A stretch of DNA of 64,000 nucleotides from a bacterium (GTDB taxonomy: Bacteria > UBA8248): assembly GCA_965261085.1 (NCBI GenBank), contig OZ253442.1, positions 1,024,001-1,088,000 on the forward strand, in the 5' to 3' direction. Positions 39,500-48,902 of the stretch are shown one piece after another; the first letter of the stretch is position 1; each line of letters opens with the position of its first letter. Position numbers and translations under genes: made by a program. The notes below the pieces were generated by a model, which made no database searches, was not told where the DNA came from, and was given only the letters and a program-made list of their open reading frames with translations.

Positions 39500-40558
39500 T
39501 TAAGGCTTCCAGTTCCGGTTTGTGAGAAGACGCCATGCGTTCTGGTAGGCGATGAGCCTTCTGGCTGGCGGGCTGATTTTTTCGAGCACCTTTTCACGAA
39601 AAAAGAGTGTCCTTCCAGCATATATCGCCGGGTTGTGCGGGGAGGAATCATTCCCGGCCATGAGATGCCCCACCCGCGCTTCGAGCAACGCCCTCCATTC
39701 ACGGGAGAACACCGCTCCAGGGTCGAAGAGGTGGTTTTTCCTTGGAGCGGGTGAATCGGCGGGGGCAGGCGGGTCCTGAGTCAGTGTGAAGAAAAGGTGG
39801 GGGTGCCTCAGGCTCAGCGCCCTGAGAAGCCCGTGTCCATAGCCGGGCAAAGCATTCAAATTCAATATCCTGCCGGCTTGCGTCCAGACGACTCTCGCCT
39901 CGGGCGCAGCTCTCAGTTGACGCTCGAGTTGTTCCAGGCCGCCGTCATCGGGCGGCATATCCAGCAGGAGGAAGCTGCGCTTTTCCGTCGCCAGACGGAT
40001 AATCGCCCCCAGGGCCTCTCTTACCCGCGCCGACTCGGCTTTACCTGTGGACCCTGGCCGCCACGTGATCCTGCCGATACCGAATGCGCCTCCCTCGAGT
40101 TGCCGCTTGATATTGGATAGGTAGGGGCTTTCTGGCCGCATCCAGTCTTTTTGAGCGGCGGACGTGGTGAGCGGAATCAATCGGCCGGGATATTGCGCTA
40201 CCGCCTTTTTGATGGCCTCCTCACTCGTCGAAGTGACGGCGCCCAGCGCTACGCCTGCGCGGTCCATGCCCTCGATGAGTTGCGCTGCGCTTTTCCACTG
40301 ATCGAGCGTGATTTCCAGATCGATAAGGGGATAAGAGCCGGACGCGAGGTGTTTCCTCAGCGTACGCTCATACAGCTTGATGCGCGGCTCACGGCTCTGA
40401 TTTTGTTTGGCTTTAGATTTCAGTGAATTAGGTGGCTTCGCGGCGTCTGAGTATCCCGAGATGAAGAACAGCGCGATGAGGATCGAAAGCGAGAAGACGA
40501 TGAAGTGCATCGCCCATTTTCTCGCCTCGGTGACTTCTCTACGGCCCGTGAAAGTCAC
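39500..40558 (-). CDS. Exported amidohydrolase-like TIM-barrel protein with degenerate metal sites
   Basis: N-terminal hydrophobic segment; MDRAGV, YPGRLIP, IAYQNAWRL pattern of Amidohydro_2; start uncertain. Confidence 0.55.
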   Translation of the reverse strand: MTFTGRREVTEARKWAMHFIVFSLSILIALFFISGYSDAAKPPNSLKSKAKQNQSREPRIKLYERTLRKHLASGSYPLIDLEITLDQWKSAAQLIEGMDRAGVALGAVTSTSEEAIKKAVAQYPGRLIPLTTSAAQKDWMRPESPYLSNIKRQLEGGAFGIGRITWRPGSTGKAESARVREALGAIIRLATEKRSFLLLDMPPDDGGLEQLERQLRAAPEARVVWTQAGRILNLNALPGYGHGLLRALSLRHPHLFFTLTQDPPAPADSPAPRKNHLFDPGAVFSREWRALLEARVGHLMAGNDSSPHNPAIYAGRTLFFREKVLEKISPPARRLIAYQNAWRLLTNRNWKP

Positions 40559-40564
40559 TTTCGT

Positions 40565-41284
40565 CTACCCGTTCACGATGGCGACGGCGCGAATGTGCGT
40601 CCCGGTGGCGCCTCGCCAGTGAAGCGGCAGGACGCTGGCCGTGAACCCGTGGGCGGCGGGGATGGCGTCTAAGTTGCAGAGATTCTCGATGTGCCAGTAT
40701 TCGCGCGTCTGGAAGAGGCGATGACACGGCCAGGGGTCTTTTCTCTCCATCATCTCCTTGATGGGCAAATCAAACCCCGGCGCGTCGATGCCCATCACCT
40801 GTACGCCCTGGTCGATGAGCCATTCGGCGCTCTCGCCCACCATGCCGGGGTGCTCCGTCAGGTAGCGCGGCTCGTCGTTGTAGGCGGCGGCCCCCGTCCA
40901 GAGCAAGACGATTTCACCGCCCTGGATTGTGTAGTTCTCCTTGGCGAGGGCGTCTTTCAAGTCATTGACTTGAATGGCCTCGCCCGGGTTTTTGCGGCGC
41001 ATGTCGAGTCTTACGCCCGGTCCGTAGCACTTATCCAGCGGGATGTCCTCGGACCATGAATCGTTGCGGCCGCCGTGGCTTCTCGCGTCGATGTGGGTGC
41101 CGCAATGCTCGCTGAAGATGCACACGCTGTGCGCGAATAGTTCGGGAAAGCCCATCTTGTCGGTCCCGATGCGCTTGGCCGATTCGAACGTGGTCTCTAT
41201 CATCTGGATGACGGGCTGCGGCGTGCCGGGGTAGCGCTCCATCCACATGTGGACGGGCATGGAAAGGTCGATGATTTGCGGCAT
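40565..41284 (-). CDS. Cyclase/kynurenine formamidase-family protein
   Basis: IIDLS, HCGTHIDA.SH, GID, HIENL, IRAVA. Confidence 0.9.
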   Translation of the reverse strand: MPQIIDLSMPVHMWMERYPGTPQPVIQMIETTFESAKRIGTDKMGFPELFAHSVCIFSEHCGTHIDARSHGGRNDSWSEDIPLDKCYGPGVRLDMRRKNPGEAIQVNDLKDALAKENYTIQGGEIVLLWTGAAAYNDEPRYLTEHPGMVGESAEWLIDQGVQVMGIDAPGFDLPIKEMMERKDPWPCHRLFQTREYWHIENLCNLDAIPAAHGFTASVLPLHWRGATGTHIRAVAIVNG

Positions 41285-41404
41285 TTGCTCGTATCTCCTC
41301 GCATCTCCTGGTTTTATGAGGGCGGCGATGCGCCTAATATACATCATCGCGCCACCGGAATAACCCCCTGCAGGCTCCGATTCTCGCCGATTCAATCTTC
41401 AGAA

Positions 41405-41449
41405 ATTTATCGAAAAACCCCGTGAATTTATCGATATTTTCAGAAATTC
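41405..41449 (-). repeat. Second copy of the 45-bp element
   Basis: Reverse complement matches 23420-23464 at 43/45 positions. Confidence 0.8.
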
Positions 41450-41629
41450 CTTATTCTTGAACGCGGCGATGCGCTTCGCCATCATACACGCGCGCGTCTT
41501 GAGTCCGATAACGGCAATTGCGGGCAAATGCGTGTCCGCTCCGGCCGGGTTGGGATTCGACTTCTACGCCCCGGCGAAACCTTTACGCAATCTTTAACCT
41601 CAAACACCGCCTCCCCTGATACCATTCAA

Positions 41630-42000
41630 CCCGTTTGTTGAGCCTCGACGGGTGTTTGTGGAGGCAACGGGCGAGTCCGGCGGGGGACGCCGAGCCGCTT
41701 CGCGCTTAGGAGCCGAGGCGCCGGGCCGGATACGCCGCGCGGGGGTCAATTCCGAGGGAAGACCGAGGAATTGGGGCCACGCATGCGGGTCCGCCCGTCC
41801 CGGAAACGGGGGCTGCATCCAGTCGCGCGGATGCGCACCCGAAACCCGGCCGTTTGTCCGCCTTTTTGGCTCGGGCGACACTGTCGGGTCCTCCGGAGAC
41901 GGAAAGTCCGAATGCGGGGACAGACCCGACCGAGAAGGGAGGGTTTGCCCCCGCGCGGCCCTTCGCTCCGGCCGGGTCAATCGCTCATTCTTCACTCGGC
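41630..42000 (+). other. Highly structured non-coding element or REP-like cluster
   Basis: Perfect 12-bp long-range pairing 41734-41745/41948-41959, several nested hairpins, embedded copies of the REP-like motif. Confidence 0.5.
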
Positions 42001-42015
42001 AAACTCGCGGTCTTC

Positions 42016-42261
42016 GGGGTTGTTGAAAAAGACCCCTTTTTAGAGAGTAGAGGGGACACCCCTTTCGACTGGTAAAAGCAACCCCCCTGTCCCCCCTTGT
42101 CAGGGGGGTAAAGGCGATGCCCCCCGACGAGGGGGTGGAAGAAAAGCCCCCCGACGAGGGGGTGGAAGAAAAGCCCCCCGACGAGGGGGTGGAAGAAAAG
42201 CCCCCCTGACAAGGGGGGACAGGGGGGTTGCTCCCTTGACAAAGGCTTTTTCAACAGCCCC
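42016..42261. mobile_element. MITE with IS1182-type ends and three internal 27-bp tandem repeats
   Basis: GGGGTTGTTGAA...TTCAACAGCCCC, TCTTC duplication on both sides; CCCCCCGACGAGGGGGTGGAAGAAAAG x3 at 42120-42200. Confidence 0.85.
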
Positions 42262-42634
42262 TCTTCACTCGGGTTTGACCCCTTACGGCCCTTGCGGGCG
42301 AGCTGCATCCGGCGAGAAGAGCATGTCCCGAACGCGGCAATCCCTCCCTTCCCGGGGCTGTTGAAAAAATCCCCCAAAAACAGGGAATGAATTTCTCAAT
42401 CGACATATGCTTATGAAATGACTCCCCCCTTGAGGGGGAGTCGGCAAGGTGAGGACGGAGTCCGAAGCCGCGCCGGTGGGGGGTGAATTCCGACTGGGGA
42501 AAGAGGGTTTTCGGTTTCCGACCGGGGGGAGTGCCCCCAAACAGATGATCATCCTCCTCAGACACCTCCGGCGCGGTTCATGAAAATCCCCTTGCAACTA
42601 GCGAGGGATTTTGTGGTAACTTTATTTTATTATC

Positions 42635-42847
42635 CGGCGTCCCACTGTCAGCGGATCGTTTCGGAACGCCCTGTCCACGGCGCAGTTGCGGCCCCACAGC
42701 AGAATTCATCCAAAATAACACGATAACAACACGTAATTATCGCAAACGCTCACACTAAGTTCACACATTTTGTGCTTAAATGGGTTCATGGTCATTTACA
42801 GTGCTCCGTAGAGCAACTACGGGGCGGTGCATGGGGAGTTTTCGGTG
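42635..42847 (+). promoter_or_regulatory. Conserved ~210-bp upstream/leader region, copy A
   Basis: Homologous to 47352-47562; hairpin GCTCCGTAG-AGCAA-CTACGGGGC at 42803-42825. Confidence 0.65.
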
Positions 42848-42992
42848 AGTGTGAGTGTTTGGGGGGATTTTCCGGATCCATCGATGAGGAGAAACGAGTT
42901 GAGCCGGGGCGCCCATTGCCCCGGTCGGTCGGACCGGCGCCCCCTCGGAGGCAGGTTTCATTGCGTTATTGACTTGAGAAAGGGGACAGACC

Positions 42993-45563
42993 ATGCCTGA
43001 CGACTATTTATCCACGACGCAGACCACCGGCGCGGTTGCGGTGGGCGGCTCGGCGACGGGCGATATCGAGACCTCGAATGACTTCGACTGGTTCGCGGTC
43101 GACCTGGTCGCCGGCCATACCTACGTCATCGGCCTGGAGGGAGCCGACAGCGGCGGTGGCGCCCTGCAGGACCCGGTACTGCGAGGCCTCTACGACGCCG
43201 ACGGCAACCGGATTGCGGGCGCCCGGGACAACGATGGCGGCGTCGGCAGGGACGCCCGGTTGACCTTCACCGCCGCCACCACCGGCGCCTACTATATCGA
43301 AGCTCGCGGCCATTTGAATCAGACGGGCGACTACACCGTGCGCGTGACGGAATGGGTGGATACGGACGCCGAGCGCGGCGGCGCCGCCGCGCTCGGCGAT
43401 ATCACGGCTCTCGCCGGGCCGCAGTTTCCGGCAGCATCACTCGACGGCTCCTCCGACTCGGTGGACTACTGGCGCTTCACGCTTTCGGAGGCCAGGAGGG
43501 TTGGACTGGGTTTGCGCCAACAGGATGCGAATGCCGACCTGTTTCTGGAGGACGCCGAAGGCAACGTCCTCTACAGCGGCACGGAGGAGGGGACGGCGAG
43601 CGAGTGGATTTCGCAGACGCTCCTGGCCGGCACGTATTTCGTGCGTGTGGAAGCGCAGGAAGAAGGCGCCAACGAATTCAAACTGCGTTATGGGGTAAGT
43701 GCGGCCAATCCCGCCGTGGTGGCCGCCTTGGAGCAGCAGCAGCAGGAGGGGACGGATGAGGCGCCGGCGTTCGCGGAGGGGAGCTATGCGTTCGACCTGG
43801 CGGAGAACACGGACGGCGGCGCGGTCCCCGTTTCGCTCGGCTTGGTACAGGCGACGGACCCTGAGGACGATACGATTACCTACAGCATCGAGGCGGGCGA
43901 CTCCGGTGGCCTGTTCGCCATCGACTCCGAGACGGGCGCCCTGTCGTACCAGGGCGCGGGCGAGGATTACGAGTCGGGGACGACGAGCTACGAGCTGACG
44001 GTGCGGGCGAGTGACGGCGGCCTGCACAGCGACGTCACCGTCACCGTCAACGTCACAGACGTAGAGGAATACGTCATTCTTGCGCAGCAGGGGAGGGATG
44101 AGGCGCCGGTGTTCGCGGAGGGGAGCTATGCGTTCTCACTCGCGGAGAACGCCGACGGCGGCGCGATCGGTGTAGCGTTGGGCGCGGTCTCTGCGGCGGA
44201 CCCGGAAAACTCGACGATTACCTACAGCATCGAGGCGGGCGATTCCGGTGGCCTGTTCGCCATCGACTCCGAGACGGGCGCCCTGTCGTACCAGGGCGCG
44301 GGCGAGGACTACGAGTCGGGGACGACCAGCTACGAGCTCACGGTGCGGGCGAGCGACGGCGGCCTGCACAGCGACGTGACCGTGACCGTCAACGTCACCG
44401 ACGTAGCCGATGTGGAGGAATACGTCAGTCTTCAGCAGGAGGCTAGTGTGTCCGAACCGGACGGCCAGGACCTTCCGGCAGGCGCCTCCACAACCGGCCG
44501 GGTTGCGGTGGACGGCTCGGCGAGGGGCGAGATCGAAGTCAGTGGCGACCGCGACTGGTTCGCGGTGACGCTCGAGGCGAACAGAACCTACCGGATCGAT
44601 CTGGAGGGCGCGTTGACCGGGGCCGGCACCCTGAGGGACCCGTACCTGCGCGGGGTCCACGACGCGGACGGCGCCCTGATCGACGGCACGACGGACGACG
44701 ACGGCGGCGAGGGCAGCAACAGCCGGGTGAAGTTCACGGCGGCGGAAGCCGGGACCTACTACGTGGCGGCCGGCGCTGATAATGATAACAGGGAAGGAAC
44801 CTACACGCTGTCGGTGACGGATGTTACGGACGGCGTCCCGGACGATTTTGCGGCCGGGACCGAGACGACCGGCGTGGTGGCGGTGGACGGCTCGGCGAGG
44901 GGCGAGATCGAGACCGAATACGACCGCGACTGGTTTGAGGTCGAACTCGTGGCGGGCCGGATCTACCGGATCGATCTGGAGGGTTCGGAGACGGGGGGCG
45001 GCACCCTGAGGGACCCGTACTTGTACGGTATCCACGACGCGGAAGGCAACCTCATCGCGGGCACGAGGAGCGACGGCGGCGGCGAGCTCTTCAACAGCCG
45101 GGTGTATTTCACGGTGAAGGATGCCGGGACCTACTACGTGGCGGCCGGCGCTTATGGAAACAGGGAAGGAACCTACACGCTGTCGGTGGCGGATGTGGAC
45201 GAATTCGAGGCGGGAACCGGGACGACCGGCGCGGTGGCGGTGGGCGGCTCGGCGAGGGGCAAGATCAACTTCCGTGGCGACCGCGACTGGTTCGCCGTCG
45301 AGCTCGATGCGGGCAGTACCTACCTGATCGACCTGGAGGGCTCGCCGACCGGGGGCGGCACCCTGAGGGACCCGTATCTGCTTGGGATCCACCGCGCGGA
45401 CGGCCGTCGCATCGCCGGCACGACGGACGACGACGGCGGCGCGGGCTACAACAGCCAAGTGGAATTCACGGCGGCGGCGGCCGGGACCTACTACGTGGCG
45501 GCCGGCGGTTATGCAACCCACCAAGGCACCTACACGCTGTCGGTGGTGGAAGAGGTCTTGTGA
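42993..45563 (+). CDS. Cadherin- and PPC-repeat protein (putative adhesin)
   Basis: Four repeated D.DWFAV.L...Y.IDLEG...L.DP.L...DDGG...GTYYV modules; two cadherin-like AP.F...AEN..A.DPE...DYE...VTVNVTDV domains. Confidence 0.85.
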   Translation: MPDDYLSTTQTTGAVAVGGSATGDIETSNDFDWFAVDLVAGHTYVIGLEGADSGGGALQDPVLRGLYDADGNRIAGARDNDGGVGRDARLTFTAATTGAYYIEARGHLNQTGDYTVRVTEWVDTDAERGGAAALGDITALAGPQFPAASLDGSSDSVDYWRFTLSEARRVGLGLRQQDANADLFLEDAEGNVLYSGTEEGTASEWISQTLLAGTYFVRVEAQEEGANEFKLRYGVSAANPAVVAALEQQQQEGTDEAPAFAEGSYAFDLAENTDGGAVPVSLGLVQATDPEDDTITYSIEAGDSGGLFAIDSETGALSYQGAGEDYESGTTSYELTVRASDGGLHSDVTVTVNVTDVEEYVILAQQGRDEAPVFAEGSYAFSLAENADGGAIGVALGAVSAADPENSTITYSIEAGDSGGLFAIDSETGALSYQGAGEDYESGTTSYELTVRASDGGLHSDVTVTVNVTDVADVEEYVSLQQEASVSEPDGQDLPAGASTTGRVAVDGSARGEIEVSGDRDWFAVTLEANRTYRIDLEGALTGAGTLRDPYLRGVHDADGALIDGTTDDDGGEGSNSRVKFTAAEAGTYYVAAGADNDNREGTYTLSVTDVTDGVPDDFAAGTETTGVVAVDGSARGEIETEYDRDWFEVELVAGRIYRIDLEGSETGGGTLRDPYLYGIHDAEGNLIAGTRSDGGGELFNSRVYFTVKDAGTYYVAAGAYGNREGTYTLSVADVDEFEAGTGTTGAVAVGGSARGKINFRGDRDWFAVELDAGSTYLIDLEGSPTGGGTLRDPYLLGIHRADGRRIAGTTDDDGGAGYNSQVEFTAAAAGTYYVAAGGYATHQGTYTLSVVEEVL

Positions 45564-45705
45564 GATGCGCGGCGGCGACAACGCTCCTCCCTCATCCCGA
45601 GTAGGCGCGCTCGCGCGCCGTATCGAGGGTTTGACCCGACCGAGCAGGGAGGGTCAACGGGGCGCATCGAAAGGGAGCGCCCTTCGATACAAACGCTCCT
45701 TTTTC

Positions 45706-47233
45706 GGGGTTGTTGAATAACCCGGTTTCGGGAGCGGGCGGTATGGAGGGTCACGCGGCGGCGGACAGGAAGCCCACGCAGCTTGCGAGGCCGCGATGGA
45801 CGCACAGAGGCTCTTCCCGGGCCGACCAGGCCCTCCAGAGGGCGAATAACCTTGCAGCAAGTGCGGCGGAGAGCCGCTTGAGGTTGATCGCCGCCGCCGT
45901 CAGGTAGGACTGTATCTTCATGTTCTCAAGACCGCGCCGCACCGCGCGCGCAAGCCCGTGCCAGGTCTTCGCCTCGCCGTGGTAGCCCTCCGAGCGCCAC
46001 ATATGACGCCGGTACATCCGCCGCTCCTCCTCCCTCCATCGCGCATGGCGCCGGCGCGCGCGCAACAGCGCCGGATACGCATGCGGAACCAACACCACCT
46101 TGCTCGACCACGCCTTCGGCAGGCAATCCTCGCGAAGCGCGCAGCCCGCGCAATCACGGGTCTTCGAACGATAATAACGCCCCCCCTTTGCGGGCCGACG
46201 GGGGCTCAGTATCTTGCCGCGCGGACACTTCACGATGTCGTGCCGCGCGTCGTAGCGGAACAGGCGCAACGGAACACGGCTCTGCGAGGGTTCCCTCTTC
46301 GCCGGAATGAGCGCGGCCACACCCCGGCGCTCCAGGGCCGCGTAGACCTTCGAGTAGGCGTAGCCAGAGTCCGCCGTCACCATCGCGGGCGCGCGCCCCG
46401 ATACCTCGCATACCGCTTCCACCTGCGATTCGAGCACCTCACGCTCGTTCACCGTACCCTCCGTCACCGATACGTCGAGCACCACCCCGCGCGTGTCGTC
46501 CACCACAGCGTGCTGCTTGTAGCTCGGCTCGAATCCCCCGCGCCCGCCTGATCTCGCAAGGCGCGCGTCCGGGTCCGTTCGGCTCACCTTCCCCGAACCC
46601 CCGCCCCGGCGGCCTCCTCCACCCTTCTTCCCGGCCTCCTCCTCCAAGGGGTTCTCCGCCATCACCTCGTCCACGTGACGCTCCACCAGACTCTCCCAAC
46701 TCACGTCCGCGCGGATCAATGAGGCGTCCACGTGCACGACTTCGGCCTTGGCCACCTTCGCATCCAGGCACGCACGGACCGTGCGGCGGAATATCTCCCG
46801 GAACCGGGCCTCCCCCCAGCGCTGCCGTATCCGCGTCAGGCTCGAATGATCCGGCAGCCGATCCTCCAGCCCGTAACCGATGAACCACCGGATCGCGATG
46901 TTCACCTGCGCCTCGCGCATCAACCGACGGTCGTGCACGAACCCCAGCAGAAGGCCCGCCAACATCAACCGAACCGCCACTTCGGGGTCGATCCCAGGAC
47001 GGCCGTTGTCCGCGCAATAACAATCCGCCACTTCCTCGCGCAGCCAACTCAGGTCCAGAACGCGGTTCACGCGGGCCAATATGTGATCCTCGGGAATCAA
47101 CCTCTCCAGCGAACCGGTGATGAACAAATCCATCTGGGCGCGGTTCTTGCGTCCCAACATCGCGGATATTCCCTTCTCGGGCGCGTAATATCCATACATC
47201 CAAGCATAGAGTCAGGGGTTTTTCAACAACCCC
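45706..47233 (-). mobile_element. IS1182-family insertion sequence, copy 2 (inverted relative to copy 1)
   Basis: Same terminal inverted repeats; TTTTC duplication on both sides; 6 bp longer than copy 1. Confidence 0.92.
45751..47160 (-). CDS. IS1182-family DDE transposase
   Basis: Near-identical to 21727..23130 with a 2-aa insertion (ARSGGRGGFEP versus ARTGGGFEP). Confidence 0.9.
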   Translation of the reverse strand: MLGRKNRAQMDLFITGSLERLIPEDHILARVNRVLDLSWLREEVADCYCADNGRPGIDPEVAVRLMLAGLLLGFVHDRRLMREAQVNIAIRWFIGYGLEDRLPDHSSLTRIRQRWGEARFREIFRRTVRACLDAKVAKAEVVHVDASLIRADVSWESLVERHVDEVMAENPLEEEAGKKGGGGRRGGGSGKVSRTDPDARLARSGGRGGFEPSYKQHAVVDDTRGVVLDVSVTEGTVNEREVLESQVEAVCEVSGRAPAMVTADSGYAYSKVYAALERRGVAALIPAKREPSQSRVPLRLFRYDARHDIVKCPRGKILSPRRPAKGGRYYRSKTRDCAGCALREDCLPKAWSSKVVLVPHAYPALLRARRRHARWREEERRMYRRHMWRSEGYHGEAKTWHGLARAVRRGLENMKIQSYLTAAAINLKRLSAALAARLFALWRAWSAREEPLCVHRGLASCVGFLSAAA

Positions 47234-47351
47234 TTTTCAGTCGCGTTTGACCTTCGGCGGCTACTCAGGGTGAAGTCGATACAGTGGCCATGCAAGACGT
47301 GGGTATCGGGCTCGGCGCCGACGCGGTCATATTCCGGGAGAATGAGCCGGA

Positions 47352-47562
47352 CGGCGTTCCACTGGCAGCGGATCGTTTCGGAGCGCCCTGTCCACGGCGC
47401 GGTTGCGGCCCCACAGGGGGATTCATCCAAAATAACATGATAAAAACACGCAATTGTCGCAAACACTCACACTAAGTTCACGCATTTTGTGCTTTAATGG
47501 GTGTGATAATTTACAGTGCTCCGTAGAGCAACTATGGGGCGGTGCGCGGGGAGTTTTCGGTG
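47352..47562 (+). promoter_or_regulatory. Conserved ~210-bp upstream/leader region, copy B
   Basis: Homologous to 42635-42847; hairpin retained with a G-C to G-U change. Confidence 0.65.
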
Positions 47563-47599
47563 CGGGTGAAGAAAATCTCTTAAATACAGGGGAAACGAC

Positions 47600-48568
47600 A
47601 TGCCAAGCACAAGAAACGGCGGCGAGGGCAACGATAGGATCTCTGGCGGCTCGGGCGACGACTGGATCTCTGGCAACGAGGGCGACGACTTGCTCTTTGG
47701 CGGCGAGGGCGACGACACCATCTTTGGCGGCGAGGGCGGCGACACCATCTATAGCGACGAGGGCGACGACACCATCTATGGCGGCGCGGGCGACGACAAC
47801 CTAGCTGGCAAGGAGGGCAACGACTGGATCTCTGGCGGCGCGGGCAACGACTTGCTCTCCGGCGGCGCGGGCGACGACAAACTAAGTGGCGACGCGGGCG
47901 ACGACTTGCTCTATGGCGGTGAGGGCGACGACACCATCTATGGCGGTGAGGGCGACGACATCCTTGTTGCCGGTACGGGCGACGACAAACTAAGTGGCGG
48001 CACGGGCGACGACACTCTAAGAGGCAACGAGGGCGACGACACCATCTATGGCGGCGGGGGCGACGATATTCTAAGTGGCGGCTCGGGCGACGATACTCTA
48101 AGTGGCGGCTCGGGCGACGATATTCTAAGTGGCGGCGAGGGCGACGATACGCTCACGGGCGGCGCGGGCGACGACACGCTCGAGGGCGGCGAGGGCGACG
48201 ACACGCTCACGGGCGGCGCGGGAGACGACATGCTCGGCGGCGGTGCGGGCGACGACACGCTCACGGGCGGCGCGGGCGACGATACCGTCTACGGCGACGC
48301 GGGCGCGGACACCTTCGTGTTCACCCCCGACCACGGCGCGGACACGATCAAGGATTTCGCCGACGGGGAAGACATGATCGATCTCACGGCGATCACGGAC
48401 ATTTCCGGCTTCGAGGATCTGGCCATCACCGCCGATGGCGGCAATGCCGTGATCACCCACGGCGGCGGAACGATCACCCTGGAGAACTTCGACATGGCGG
48501 ATCTCGATGCCAGTGATTTCATCTTCCAGGAAACGACGGTGGACGACGGCGGGGTCGAAGGCATCTGA
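47600..48568 (+). CDS. RTX calcium-binding repeat protein
   Basis: 26 consecutive GGxGxD-type nonapeptides, then DTFVF..DHGADTIKDF..GED.IDL...DASDFIF (T1SS-substrate-like C-terminus). Confidence 0.92.
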   Translation: MPSTRNGGEGNDRISGGSGDDWISGNEGDDLLFGGEGDDTIFGGEGGDTIYSDEGDDTIYGGAGDDNLAGKEGNDWISGGAGNDLLSGGAGDDKLSGDAGDDLLYGGEGDDTIYGGEGDDILVAGTGDDKLSGGTGDDTLRGNEGDDTIYGGGGDDILSGGSGDDTLSGGSGDDILSGGEGDDTLTGGAGDDTLEGGEGDDTLTGGAGDDMLGGGAGDDTLTGGAGDDTVYGDAGADTFVFTPDHGADTIKDFADGEDMIDLTAITDISGFEDLAITADGGNAVITHGGGTITLENFDMADLDASDFIFQETTVDDGGVEGI

Positions 48569-48902
48569 GGAACGCCGGAGCAGGGGTCGGTCCCTCCTCG
48601 GGGCCACCCTACAGACCTATGTGTTCGCCCGGTTTCATGACGCCCGCCACCGCACGGGAGAGCACACCGGTTCTCCCCTACCCAGAACCGCCCCTACCGT
48701 CTTGTCATTCCGCAGTAGATGTGTTTCTCATCCGCCTGGATTCCGGCGTCCGCTGGAATGGCGGCAGTCCTCGATTCAGGGACCGCAGGGGTAGCGGGCT
48801 CCCCTGAGAAAGGGAAGCCCTTCCGCCGCGCATCCGTGTGTCGTTGCTCTCTTTGTGGTATCAGGACGTAACTTCGGGTTGGCGCGAAACGAGGACGGGA
48901 AA

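Noticed and set aside
41840-41912. RNase P RNA (GGAAAGTCCG and AAACCCGGC look-alikes)
   Set aside because: The motifs are in the wrong order and lack the flanking P4 consensus.
42120-42200. CRISPR array (27-bp repeats)
   Set aside because: Exact head-to-tail repeats inside a MITE, with no spacers.
21654-47233. Composite transposon or past inversion between the two inverted IS copies
   Set aside because: Each copy keeps its own matched target duplication (TTCTC, TTTTC), indicating independent insertions without exchange.
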